A stretch of DNA of 63,493 nucleotides, filler included, from Licmophora abbreviata (Eukaryota): assembly GCA_900291995.1 (NCBI GenBank). It is 7 parts of 7 records of this genome, joined end to end, with 100 filler letters (N's around TTAATTAATTAA, not from the genome) between each part and the next. Parts side by side here need not be neighbours in the genome. Positions count along the whole stretch, not along the records: positions 16,679 to 28,042 come from OLMU01000469.1; positions 28,143 to 40,309 come from OLMU01000472.1; 5 more parts are not named here. One strand, 5' to 3'. This document shows positions 24,604-36,493 of this stretch, in pieces; position 1 is the stretch's first letter; each line of letters starts with the position of its first letter. The notes below the pieces were generated by a model, which saw only the letters and a program-made list of their open reading frames with translations, was not told the origin of the DNA and made no database searches. The position numbers and the translations under genes are program-made.

Positions 24604-27062
24604 CTAGGCGCTCGCTCGCTTTTCCAAATGCACGAGATCCAACACTTGCCGTAGATTTCCGCTCGTGACAAGCCAATCCCGAAAACCCCGGTGGAGCTCT
24701 TCCTCGAACCGTCGTTGCTGCTCTTCAGTAAGACTCTTGCGTACTGTCAGCTGAATACTTCGGATGCGATCCGCTTTCGCCAAAGCATGTCGTTCGTACT
24801 CGGCTGGAAGATGAAACGGAGAAAGCTGAAGAATTTCCGCTAACAACCGGCAATATTGGCTTTCCTTGGCAAGAGGGGCCTCGTTCGAGTCCTTGGCGGC
24901 CTTGGCTCGTTGTTCTGCCGAGTCAGCGCGTCGTTGTCTAGTTGCCTCCGTCTCCAGCGGCACGAGCAGCACGTGGAAGTCCAACGGTGGAAGGATTACG
25001 GGCGTCTGCATGGTAGCGTCGATTGCCGCTTTATCGTCTGCGCCAGGCGATGACGGGCTGCCTGGGGCGGACAACGAAGAACTGGCGCCTCCTGGAGGAT
25101 GAACTTGTGGCATTTCCAGCTTGAAGATCTCAACGGGTTGTTTCCACTTGTTGCTGGCGCACTGTAGTGGCGGCCACGCCGCGTCGTTCTCCACATTCCG
25201 GTTGCCTTGATACGGCGATTGATACTCCGGAACCACCGCAGCTGCTAGGCCGGTCGCCAGCAAGTCTTCACGAAGGCCTTCGTAGTAAGTGTTGTACGGT
25301 GCAAACTGACAGTTGCGATTGTCACCTACAAGCAAAGGAGGACTGGGAGTAAAGACACACTGTAGCACGTCACACGAATTGCTGGAGAGGATTCGTCTGG
25401 CCGCGGATGTGATGGTCGTCTTTTCGCAATCCACAACGTGCAGGAGACCTGCCACAGCACCGACGACAATAGTACACCCGGTACACGCGGCAATGGTGAC
25501 GTGCTCAAAGGGCTGAAGCAAGTACATGTGGACATCGGAGCAATCGGAGATGATCAAATCGTGGAGTCGACCGTTTGATGATGAAAGGGTACCGACTTGA
25601 TCGCCCGATGAAGTGGATGCCCCCGAGTGTGGCCCTTGGTCAGATTCGTGAGAGTTTGGTTTAAGCAGAATGGTTGTTCCGCGCAAGTGCGTGTAGCTCA
25701 GTTCCTTCTGATACCCTTGCTGGGGTTGCTTAGCACGTTGTGTCTTTTCTCCGGACGTATCATTACTGGACTCTGACAGCGAAAGATTTGCGAGAGCGGT
25801 CGTCGCAGAATCTTCGCTCTGTGCAGCGCCGCCTTTGCCTTCAAGGCTTCCGACGACGTCATCGTGTGTAGTGAGCAGATCCCGTTCTAAGCTAAGACGG
25901 AGCTCTCGCTCGACTTCTCGTATCGGGATGCTAGCATCGTTGGGGATTGCGTTCGAGGAGTAGAGACGAGACCAGAGAGTCTCTCCGATTCGTAGAGGCG
26001 CATCGTCGATTCCTCCCCCTGATGGAGGCTGCAGCCAGAAATGCAACCGTTCGAGATCTTCCATAGTTAAGCGCACATTTAAACCGACGTTGCCATGTTC
26101 TTCTTCGTGCATACGACGGGCTTCCTGCATCTGAGAGCTCGTGGTGACGGATGATCGACGACTCTTTTCGGGAGATGGAGATGGAATGGCAGACAAGTGC
26201 ATGCACGCCCGGACCGCCTCGGGATTGTGCGACACAGCGGCCAGCAGCAAGATTTTACGCAAATGCCGAAGCATGTAGATTGTGCAGTGCGCATTGTCGT
26301 TGTAGAACCCTGCGTGCATACGCGTCCTGCAGTTACGATAGAAGGCGATGAGTTAGACAGTATCAACGGGATGAGTTGGCGGAACATGTACTCGGGCGAA
26401 GCCTTCATTAATTACCTTGGAGAGAGCGAGGGATGCTGCAGCAAACTGGTGAAATCTACCTTTCCCTGGTAATGCTCGACGCTGGCGGTGCCTTTTCCGT
26501 ACGCGAACCTTCTCTCGTCGTCGGCACTCAAGCTGCGTGCAATGGCCGTGTCTTCGCAATGAAAAAGAAGAAACGTGCCGACCAGCCAGACAGGGAGATC
26601 CTTTGCTGATGCAGCTGTGGAAAACTTCTTTTTATCTTTGATCGCCGATTGTTGAGTATGACTCGGCTCATTGGGCAAGGGAGTTGTGTTTCCGCTGCCG
26701 ATGCTATTTGCGCTGCCGCAGCTGAGAATTGGCGGGATGTGCGAAAACGAGGATTCCTGAAAATCTGCAGCATAGGCGCGTCCTGCTAGATAGAGCGTAT
26801 GAAACATGGTCGCCATCTCCCAAAAAAGAGCGGCTGACGGTTCAGCCCATCCAAGGACACGCCACGCCTCAGTGATCCAAAGCGTGTAAGGAATCGCATT
26901 CTTGCGAAAAGCTTGTTCTGAAAGCGAGGCAGCAATCGCCAAACAGAGAGCCGGAGTCAACTCGCGGGCGTGTTTAGGGCTCAATACAGCACCACCGAAA
27001 GCATGGGGCTTGGACGTCAACAGGACCCCTTCACTTCCGCCGTCTTGTTTGTGTTCACTCAT
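24604..27062 (-). CDS. TBCCD1: TBCC domain-containing protein 1 (TBCCD1-like); intron 26327..26415
   Basis: TBCC/CARP beta-helix (IISDCSDVHMYLLQPFEHVTIAACTGCTIVVGAV..PLLVGDNRNCQFAPYNTYY) and C-terminal FRDWLVTSGNLRQVLDL. Confidence 0.85.
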
Positions 27063-27522
27063 CTCGTCACGGCTGCGCTGCGGACCCCACTACTCCAAAA
27101 ACTGTTGTTTGCCTCTGTTTCTTAAATACCAAGCCAACTACCGTCTTTACCAATAAACTAGACTTTAGAGAAGACAGTCAATGCAGAAAGTGACTGTATC
27201 TAGAGAAAGAGAGAACAAAGGACGCAGCATCTCTTTGATCATTGTCGCAATGTCGAAATTGTCGATCGTCCCGTCGTCCCGAAAGACAGCGCGCTCGACC
27301 TCTTTGGACGTCGCGCGACGCACACGCGAGAATTTTTTTCTTGTTCGCTTTCGTTGGAGTTATTAGGCCGCCTTAGACCTTGAGTAAGACTTTATCTTCG
27401 TCTGTCACGATCACTCGAAGCCAAAAGTTAGTCTTGCGACTGTTGTGACGGCAGAATACCAGGTAGTGTTGTCTAGACTACTTCGTCGGAGCGAATAAAT
27501 ATACCATGTAGTAAAAAGGGTT

Positions 27523-27602
27523 TGACACCGGTGGGATTCGAACCCACGCCAATTAAGAACACGGCCTAAACGTGCCACCTTAGACCACTCGGTCACAGTG
27601 TC
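27523..27602 (-). tRNA. tRNA-Leu(TAG)
   Basis: Reverse complement GACACTGTGACCGAGTGGTCTAAGGTGGCACGTTTAGGCCGTGTTCTTAATTGGCGTGGGTTCGAATCCCACCGGTGTCA; anticodon loop TT-TAG-GC, long variable arm, T-run downstream. Confidence 0.93.
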
Positions 27603-28042
27603 TTTACTTGTAAACGACAATATTAACATTATATTGTCAGAACGGAATAATACAGAGCCAATACACAACCATCAGACTCCTAGATAGGAAGAACCTGAAC
27701 TAACCGGATTGCAAGCATTTGCATCGAGTTTGCTGCATAAGAAGGCACTACTGGCGGTTTCATGGTGCTTAAAATTATGGCTGCTTCTAGCTATGATATG
27801 ATGCCTGTATGATGGTCGACCGTTTGCTGAAGTCGGCTTCTTGTCTACTCTACTCGTAGAGGTTGCGAAGTCGAAAGAGCTCGAGTGAACGAGAGAGTTC
27901 CGTGGTTACATATTACATGTTCAATGTACCCCAGAGAGAGTTCTGTGCATTCCACAATTCTTTATTGTCGAATGAAAACGAAACGGGAACGAAACCTATC
28001 TTCTTGTATCGCCCGACGGATCGCAGGGTCGCTGATGGAAAA

Positions 28043-28142
28043 NNNNNNNNNNNNNNNNNNNNNNNNNNNNNNNNNNNNNNNNNNNNTTAATTAATTAANN
28101 NNNNNNNNNNNNNNNNNNNNNNNNNNNNNNNNNNNNNNNNNN
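28043..28142. other. Artificial scaffold gap
   Basis: N44-TTAATTAATTAA-N44. Confidence 0.98.
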
Positions 28143-28400
28143 TCCGGTCCAGTCGGAGCTGGCGTAACGGGAGCTGGGATAGGAGCTGGTGTCGTCGGCT
28201 CCGGTCCAGTCGGCGCTGGCGTAACGGGGGCTGGGGTAGGAGCAGGTGTCGTTGGCTCCGGTCCAGTCGGCGCTGGCGTAACGGGAGCTGGAGTAGGAGC
28301 AGGTGTCGTTGGCTCCGGCCCAGTCGGCGCTGGCGTAACGGGAGCTGGAGTAGGCGCAGGTGTCGTCGGCTCCGGCCCAGTAGGAGCTGGCGTTGTTGGC
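28143..28400 (-). repeat. Coding tandem repeat, 57-bp unit, at least 4 copies, running into the gap
   Basis: TCCGG(T/C)CCAGT recurs every 57 nt (28143, 28200, 28257, 28314, 28371). Confidence 0.92.
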
Positions 28401-28723
28401 TCGGGTTCGGGCGTTGGCGAAGGGGTTGGTGCTTCCGTCATGGACGTGTCACCGGTCAGAAGACGATTCCAATAGTCGCTGTCTTCCTCTCCGAGTAACT
28501 GGCTGTTGTGAAGTAATATTTTCTTGTTCACGCTGACGAAAGCCCCAGCACCTCCATGACCATCGGAAGCCGAGTGTGAAATGCGATCTCTAACCGTGAC
28601 AACTCCAGAATTTTGATGATAGCGTGGGACTTCTCCATCCTTTATCGGTAAAGTCTTTGTACCGGTCGCTCTCACCGTCACCGTCACCGCCGCGCACACG
28701 AACAAAACGACATCAAGTCTCAT
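28143..28723 (-). CDS. Secreted Pro/Thr-rich (TPAPT) repeat protein with an RXL-type motif; 3' end lost in the gap
   Basis: Signal peptide MRLDVVLFVCAAVTVTVRA; YWNRLL immediately before the repeats; 19-aa repeats GPEPTTPAPTPAPVTPAPT. Confidence 0.85.
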
Positions 28724-29553
28724 GTTTACCCTCTTTGCTTTCAGCACAGAGGATCAATTTGGAGTCTGTTTCTCAAACAAAGGAATGAGTTCCGCTCTGC
28801 TCCTCCTGGGGGCGACTGTGAACAATGGATGATGCGAAGTGGCGATCCCGTCTAGCAAAATGTGAGAGGATTCGCTGAATGCCGTTTTGGTCTCGCCAAA
28901 TTGGCAGGACGGTGCGATTGGGCCTTATCAAAAGAATGTAAACCTAATGCTCTCATACTCAACTCCGACAAATCCGTTATGTACGAATTCATCGGCGATA
29001 GATCGTGCTTACGTATAAAAATCACGTAAGGTTATTAATTTTTCTATGTGCTATACCTCGCTAAAGGCAAAGAATTCGCATCATCGCCAAAGAGTGCATC
29101 ACCCGGAGGACAGACCATGAAACGGAGAATCCAATGATCGCTCAACGCACGCCGGATATGAACATCCTTGATGCCGTATATGAGAATTTGGCATTTTATT
29201 TGAAACGTGTTTATTTCAAGCTACATAGCGGTATGTGTACATACTCAGACCCCTTTCCATGCTTTCTACAGCTGAACGCGGGCCCAGCTTCGCAAGGTTT
29301 CTACCAGAACCCACGTGAAGAAAATTGAGTCTTCGCGTCCAGGGCCGCACATGAGCAAGTGCTCTGGTGCATATCCGAGTCCTGGTGTTGCTTTGGAGTC
29401 TGTTGTTGTCTCGAATTTGCCGTAATTATAGTCGCGTCTAGAAGGGGCTGAAGAGCGGGGACGACGGCGAGCACGAATTTCGGAGGCGCTGTATGCTTTG
29501 AGCAAGATCCGTTGGTGATTGACTCTCTGCACTCTCTACAGTCGACCTGAGCG

Positions 29554-30769
29554 ATGAGAAAAATGCCATTCTGCAGACACACGAAGCATCCATCGCTTGT
29601 CGCGTGCATTTTCTTGCTGGCAGCGTCGAAAGCCTATGGGTGGGGCAGCAGCAGTAGCAGCTCAGATTTAGGAATATACGGGGGTACTCTTGACCGGGAC
29701 TGGCTCTATGACGGCTCTTCCGTATCGATGAAACTCGAAGGGTGCGTCTGGACCCCAATCGCTGACGGTGAGGATGGTGGATGCATGGAAGAGTCCAGCG
29801 AGGACGGAACAACCTATTGGTACCAGATGTCAAACTGCAGACGAGCCAATGCAGCGTTTTCCTTGTACTCTGGGAACTCATGTAGTTCTGGAAACTTCAA
29901 GGAGACGGTGAGTATTCAGTTTTGCTGGGAGGCGCTGATTGCCTCAAAGAGACCATGATTAGCTTGCGTTTGTGCTGGTGATGCTCATTTCCATGCGTTT
30001 CCTTGCGCCATTACAGATGGTGTCCGTGGACGGAGTTACTGACTTCGTCTACTCCCTTTCGAGCTACGATGCCAACTCTCCTTTCGGGGACGATTCTAGC
30101 AACGACGACAATGCTTATGGAGGTTGGTCTCTCGACGAGCTTCCGTTGTGCGAACAAGCTGAAAACGGATACATCGGCATGGGCTGTGGAGAAGACGGGA
30201 GTTTCGTTCTTGCTTATTTCAAGGATTCATACTGTCTCACTCCGACAGGAAGCACGTACAACAATTTGAGAACCCTAAACAAAAAGCTCAAGCAATACAC
30301 GAGCTGCTCGACTGTCTACTCCAACGGAGATGATTCCAATGTCGTCGAGTACCTCATTCCCAACGCGGAAACCTGCTCGAATCTCGACTCACCACTTTGC
30401 ACGAACGATGACACCATATCCAACGTGCTAAGCTCGACGTCCTCCGGCAAAGGCATTACCAGGTCCGCCCGGGTTACTTCCCACAAGTCATGGATGACCA
30501 AACTAAAGTATGGGACCGCTGGTCTCTTGCTCTTGGCGTCGTTCATTATGTTTACTGGAATCCTGTTTACCAACCGAAGGCGACGAAGGGCTCTCATGCA
30601 GCGCCGGGCGCGTCATGCCCGGGACAAGAGCCGAAAATCATCCAGGTCGGTACGCAGCAAGAGCCGCGAAAAGAGCGTCAGGTCTAGTTCAAAAAGTCTG
30701 CGGTCCAAATCCAAGCGACGATCAAAGTCCCGGGACCCAGGCGATGGCAACGGCGGAGTTCTCACCTAG
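29554..30769 (+). CDS. Silicanin-like type I membrane protein (Cys-patterned lumenal domain, one TM, Arg/Ser/Lys-rich cytosolic tail); intron 29908..30016
   Basis: Signal peptide; WLYDGSSVSMKLEGC and YIGMGCGEDGSFVLAYFKDSYC resemble the silicanin (Sin1) YS(I/L)KF.GC and Y(I/V)GP.C...I.(L/M)..F.D..C blocks; TM AGLLLLASFIMFTGILF. CDS is secure, family assignment tentative. Confidence 0.65.
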
Positions 30770-31138
30770 GCTTTTGTGACGTGATTTCATTCTCTCTCCG
30801 ACCCGACGCCTCGCCTAAATGGTGTCTTGTAGAGAGGGTTGATGTATTTTGTACGTGAGAGTGGAGAACGAACGCCTTAAAAAATAAACTTGACATGAAC
30901 AGTTACTGCGCACCTATGACCAACTCCGTTGCGATGCGCGTTGTCGTGTGCCGTGAGATCGTATCAGAAGTGGAACCAATGTAAATTCATTGTTTTATGT
31001 TTCGCAAACACCAGCGAGAGATGACTCGAGCTACTTGGATACTATATGATAGCTACGAGTATGATAGAATTGGGACCACCATTTCGATCCAACATGTATA
31101 GATACCAAATAGCTCGCTAAACCGATTACATCGTAGCT

Positions 31139-32445
31139 CTAACCGACGTAGCGCAACAACAGTCCGTTGCTTCCGAGGGCCCACCCTGCATTTCCAAATT
31201 CCTTGAAGAACTTGACATTGTAGAGGTTACCGGGAATGCTGTTCGCACTCTTGTCGAAGCTGAATGTCTTCCCTCCATCTTTACTGACGTACATCGTGTT
31301 GGAGCCACCGACCGCCCAGACCTCGTCTGGCGATCTCCAGGCGACGTCCGTGATGCCGTATCCACCCGTCTTGATGGCGGCTTCATCGAACTCGAAGTCG
31401 TCACCAGTGAGGTCGGGGTCTTTCCGACTGATAAAGAGCTTTCCTCCATTCAGGGTCATCCACAGACCCTTGTGGATATCACCCTCTACGAAACCCATGT
31501 TTTGAATTCGGCGGGGCGTGCCACGGTTGTGCGGAATCCAGAAGTCCTGACCTGGCTCCCAGGTGAGAAAGAAGTTACCACGACTGGACACAGCCAGATA
31601 CGAGCCTTCATCGTCCCGTACCTGATTGATGATGGAGCCCGTAAAGTACGAGGCACCGCTCACACCACTACTACTAATGCGATTCAGAGTGGCATCGATC
31701 GTCTCCTTCACCTGCGCCTTCCAGTTACGACCAGCGTTTTCCGTCACATACACCGCCCCAGAGGAAGTCGTCATTTCCGCCTTGGAAGGGCCCAGTGCCA
31801 AGATGGATGTCGGGTCACCGGGAAGCTTGGGCGACAACGGGATTCGCTCCCACGACTTTCCGCCGTCCTTTGTATGAAGTAGCAAAGTAGGCTTTCCGAG
31901 AACCCAGCCTTCGTCTCCCTCAAACGAAAGCACCTGAAAACGGTATGTGACCTCCTCCTCGGCATCCAAATTTGAGAACGACCTTGCCTCCCACGTTTTC
32001 CCACCGTCGTTTGTCTCCGCGAAGGCACCACGCGCGCCGACCAAGTATCCGTGGGTCGAACTGCAGCATCGTCGCACAATCACAAGTTAGCAGGAGTCGG
32101 TGAGACAAGGGTAGGGCAGGCTTATTAAAAATTCTGACGTTCGTTGCGTTTCGCTTACCTGTCAAAGTCAATATCGTAGAGTGTGCCGTCGAAAGGCAAA
32201 TCGACGGGTGCCCACATCTGACTTGCTGCCTCGGCAGGAGCAGGCATGGCTCCGATACCTCCAGTGACCGTAGCGAGCGACGCAAGACCAGCGGCAGACG
32301 TAGACTTTGTCACAAACGAGCGACGATCTTCCAGATCGACGTCGCCAGACATGGACAAGTAGGTGTTTGAGGCCTTTTGCCGGGGAATCTGCACAAAGGC
32401 AGAGCAACTCACGGAGAGGCCAAGAAAAGCGACGGCAATCTTCAT
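31139..32445 (-). CDS. ycf48: Photosystem II assembly factor Ycf48/HCF136; intron 32061..32158
   Basis: Signal CSA-F, transit peptide, RR lumen signal (RRSFV..AEA); ETNDGGKTW, LLHTKDGGKSWERIPLSPKLPG, AVSSRGNFFLTWEPGQ.W.PHNR..RRIQNMGF. Confidence 0.95.
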
Positions 32446-32861
32446 GGCGTATACAGTTTGACCGGTAATTTTCGGGACGAGTTGTGCTGGTAAGGACCTT
32501 AGTGCGAGGTTATGCTTTTGCTTGGAACAACAACCAACAGTTGGATGATCACTACAAAAGATGACTGACACGAAATTGATGTGTTGGCAGGGACACCCGC
32601 TCCATCAGCACGGGTTGACCACGTACGCGATCTTTTGGGGCCAGCGCTAGTACTCTGAATTACGTAGAATCTACGCGGCGACAAAGATATCGTGGGTCGA
32701 GTCAGTCCGACGTCCGACAACGCGATTATGCCGCCAATCTTTTGAGTGAGGCGAGACGCAACGGTCGCACAACTGGAGAGTCGGACCTAACATCTAAGAA
32801 GTGTTTTTTTCTATAAATAGTTGCCCGGGTAATGAGAAAGATGAATGCGCAATCCTTAAAC

Positions 32862-34055
32862 TTAGGGAGCCGGTTTGATTTCTGCTGAACCTCGTGCAGG
32901 AAGTTGACGAGCGGCACGAAGCACTGCTGGTCGTACGTACCGCAACGAATGAACCAGGTACAGACCACTCGAGAAGATGACGATGCTCCCAAGCTGGTGT
33001 GCAGCAGCAAGCGACAGGGGGACGTATTGCAGTAGTGTTGTAATGCCGAGTCCAGCTTGCGCAGTTGCAGTGATCCCGACAGCGTACAACCCTTTCTTGA
33101 CCTCGGGCGTAATCATGTGTGGCTTCCGCAGTCCCACGCCCGCTAACGTGATTGCGGACAGGGCCGTCAGACTACCCAGCACACGATGATTCCACTGCAC
33201 CGTAGCAGTGTTCTCTATCAAGTTCCGACTCCACGGCCGCAGCTCAAAAATGTCGGAGGGAATCAACTCGCCATCCATTAATGGAAAAGTATTGAAGGCC
33301 CGGCCTGCGTCATTCCCAGCAACCAACGCGCCGCTCACAATCGTGATGGCTGTAAGGCCTGTTATCACCAGTCCACCGGTATGAAGCCGAGAAGCATGTC
33401 GTATTGCGCTTTGACTCAGACTTGCGACGCGCTCAGTAATATTCTTGTGACTGAGACTAAAAATATCGAATCCCGTCCAAAGCAGAGCACCGTACGTTGC
33501 GACAGCCATGGACAAGTGTGATGCCAGGCGGATAGGCCTGACCCGAATTTCTTTAGCATCCCCACGCCGATCCTCGCCGAGTCCCGACTTCACCATCCAC
33601 CACCCAACAAATCCCTGGGTTCCTCCCATGGCCATCAATCCGACCATTCGCTTCTGATACCCCGACGGTATCTTTCTTCGCGCCGTAAAATACAGCCACG
33701 GGACGGCAAAGACCAAACCCACGCACCTCCCTAGCATACGATGTCCGTATTCCCATCCGTAGATGAACTTGAACTCGTCCAAGGTCATGCTCTTGCGCTG
33801 CTGCCATTCCGGAAACTGCTGGTATCGGCGAAATTCTTCGCGCCATTCGTCTTGAGACATAGGAGGTCTCGTTCCCAAGGGAGTCCAGGTCGTCATGCTA
33901 AGACCCGACTGAGTCAGTCGCGTGACACCTCCGACGTGAATCATGCCGACTACCATGCCCGCGGTGCCCAGGATCCACTTTCCTACCGGTGCGTAGGCAT
34001 TCTGTGACGCGGCCGTCACCAGCGGCAGGCCTTGTCGGAGAAACTGCGATACCAT
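32862..34055 (-). CDS. COX15: Heme A synthase
   Basis: GGVTRLTQSGLSMTTW, EFRRYQQFPE, WEYGHRMLGR, GWWMVKSGL, RLASHL, GALVAGNDAG, VQWNHR, AAAHQ. Confidence 0.95.
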   Translation of the reverse strand: MVSQFLRQGLPLVTAASQNAYAPVGKWILGTAGMVVGMIHVGGVTRLTQSGLSMTTWTPLGTRPPMSQDEWREEFRRYQQFPEWQQRKSMTLDEFKFIYGWEYGHRMLGRCVGLVFAVPWLYFTARRKIPSGYQKRMVGLMAMGGTQGFVGWWMVKSGLGEDRRGDAKEIRVRPIRLASHLSMAVATYGALLWTGFDIFSLSHKNITERVASLSQSAIRHASRLHTGGLVITGLTAITIVSGALVAGNDAGRAFNTFPLMDGELIPSDIFELRPWSRNLIENTATVQWNHRVLGSLTALSAITLAGVGLRKPHMITPEVKKGLYAVGITATAQAGLGITTLLQYVPLSLAAAHQLGSIVIFSSGLYLVHSLRYVRPAVLRAARQLPARGSAEIKPAP

Positions 34056-34554
34056 GAAGCTTCGATCGTTTCAGAATCTATTGGGCTGGAACTCTTGGCT
34101 CAAGTGCGGTTCAAGTTTATTTATCTATGTAAGCTTTCGCCTTCTTCAATAGGGGCTTCAGTGGTCGCCTGATTCATGTTCGCCGGCTCATGGTCAATCA
34201 TGGCGAGAGCTTTGTCAGTGCAGAACGCGCGATGCGTTCTTTGTGCGCGATGAGCTGGCCAGAGCGAAGGACCTCGTGTGGCAAAAGTCAAACGCTGTTT
34301 CGCACCATGGGATTCATATATGTTAACTTACAATGCATACACTAACAACTTGGGAGAAAGAAGTGAACACGTATGATAGGAAAAGATAGAACCTCAATCC
34401 ACAGGACAACCCTATGGTCGCGCTACAACGCGAACGATCAACCTGGTTGCACTCTTCGAGAACAATGCGCAGCGTAGCTATTTCGACCGCAAGTGACGAT
34501 TCAACAAACTTGTTTCCTCGCTGTCTCTTAGCTGGAACTTTGTCGTAGCAGTTC

Positions 34555-36087
34555 TCATAGGGAGCGCCGTCGAAAAACAACAGTCTTACTTGTGCTAGAA
34601 TCTGCGGAGTCGAACCGAGCAAACTGAAACTGGGACAGTTCATCCATGTCGATGCGTTTGTAGCCATCTTGTTTGAATGCAGGAGTGGGAGGTGATGTAC
34701 TCCTATCCATTGCATCGGTAGGACCGTCCGCAATGTATTCTGCATTGCCCCATGTTTCCCAGTTGTCGCCACAATTTCCGTCGTCGTACTCGCCAATCAG
34801 AATATACTCGGTGACGCCGTGAGCTCGAAAGACGGCCGACCAGTCCTCTCCCATGGGCATCCAGCTACAAAGTATTATCACCTGTTGCGCCGGATCATCG
34901 CTTACATACTTGGCAACTGCCTCTTCCGCACTGAGTCTCTCAACGTTTGCCTGCGGTGGGATTCTCCAACTTCCATTATCGGTAGAAACGACTCGAGGCA
35001 TAACTGAGGAATGAGAGGCTTCTGTGTCGCCAATCGCGATGCGCTGCTCCATATTGTCTCGCAATAATTGCGCCAGAAGACCGTCGCCAGACCCAATGTC
35101 CACAACCAGCGTGTCACTGCCCTGCCTGGCTCGTCGCAACAAGTACGTCGCCAAGGCGTCAATGTACTCGGCCGTCCACAGCTGGTATATGTCGCATTCC
35201 TCACAAAGGAGATTGAAAGAACCACACGATGCAACATGCCCGCCGGCCACTTCGAGTAATTCACTCATGGACAGTGTCGATACGTCGGTGTCTGGAGGCA
35301 CTACTGCGACGCGAAGACCTTTCTTTGGCTCCACGACGCTCCCTCCCAGTTGTTTCGTGAGCATAGCCAGTCGTCTCGATCCGGCTTGTATCTTCTTTTG
35401 TCGATTCCACCGCTGCATCCAAAACGCTTTGCGAACATCATTGCACCTCGGTAACACGTAGTCCAGAGATGCGGCGCCGTCGTCCACCGAACGGGTCACA
35501 GCGGTGCGTCCAGAACCTGCACGCGCACCAAATAGAGTTTGAAGTTGTCGTTTCGATCTAGAACTGACAAGTTGAGGACTCAATCGCAACTTGGGATAAG
35601 CATGAAGAGCTTCTCGCAAGTCAGGTCCATACTTGGCTGCCAGGAACTCGGATCGTGCCCACTTGACAAACCTCAAATGAAACTGCCATCGCATTACATC
35701 GGACCATCTTTCGTTGGGTACCAAGACGCTTCGCAAGTACTTGGGTAGCGCCCTGAGCCGGAAATTTATCGAATCGTCTACTTCTTTATCGTGTCGATGA
35801 CCTGGACCCTTCATGTCAGCATCGGCTCCAAAAATTCTGTCAAAGGTCCGTTCGGACCACACTTCGAATGCCGACGGCACTTTCTTGGCCTGTTTGAGAC
35901 GTTCCGCTGCCTCTTCCTGTATCTCGAGGGATATAAGCTTTTGTGCAAAGGGAATCATTAAAACGTTATCCAGTGTCGGATTGTCCTGTATGACACCACG
36001 ACCTAGTCGATACCGTGCCGACAGGCCGTGGCGCAGCAAGAACGGACCGACGACACGGTTGATGCGGGAACTCAGCTGTAAGAGCAT
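34555..36087 (-). CDS. Hypothetical protein with a C-terminal class I SAM-dependent methyltransferase-like domain
   Basis: 510-aa ORF; motif I VVDIGSGDGLL, then VVSTDNGSW, IILCSWMP, EYILIGE. Confidence 0.7.
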   Translation of the reverse strand: MLLQLSSRINRVVGPFLLRHGLSARYRLGRGVIQDNPTLDNVLMIPFAQKLISLEIQEEAAERLKQAKKVPSAFEVWSERTFDRIFGADADMKGPGHRHDKEVDDSINFRLRALPKYLRSVLVPNERWSDVMRWQFHLRFVKWARSEFLAAKYGPDLREALHAYPKLRLSPQLVSSRSKRQLQTLFGARAGSGRTAVTRSVDDGAASLDYVLPRCNDVRKAFWMQRWNRQKKIQAGSRRLAMLTKQLGGSVVEPKKGLRVAVVPPDTDVSTLSMSELLEVAGGHVASCGSFNLLCEECDIYQLWTAEYIDALATYLLRRARQGSDTLVVDIGSGDGLLAQLLRDNMEQRIAIGDTEASHSSVMPRVVSTDNGSWRIPPQANVERLSAEEAVAKYVSDDPAQQVIILCSWMPMGEDWSAVFRAHGVTEYILIGEYDDGNCGDNWETWGNAEYIADGPTDAMDRSTSPPTPAFKQDGYKRIDMDELSQFQFARFDSADSSTSKTVVFRRRSL

Positions 36088-36493
36088 TTATTTGTTTCTG
36101 CGAGTGAGTGACTATGATGACGATGGCCCAACGCAAGCTCTACTAGCGATTGATAACGCTGTGGCAGTCTCACTCTCATCAACCTTTCATCTGATACGTT
36201 GCAGGATGTGTGTGTCCATCGTCGGGTCGCGATCATTCCGCATCGGCGGGAAACGCCATCAACAATCTTCGAGGCGCGCGCTTTTTTCGACTTCCACCTC
36301 TCTGAAAATATGTAAGGCTATTTCTGTCGATAGCTTCGTCGACTACGAACCCAGTCTCATCCGCCCCGTAGATAGGGCTGCGTGAATTGCAGTACAAATC
36401 TTCGTAGAAAGTGCCTCCGTCTTTCGACTGGCACTTGTTGGTGCTGGAGCGCGTCGTTGCGGGAGAGCAACCGAAATATAGTGATCGTTCAAG

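Noticed and set aside
28143..28400. Regular repeats as a possible CRISPR array
   Set aside because: Contiguous 57-bp coding repeats with synonymous variation, no spacers, eukaryotic context.
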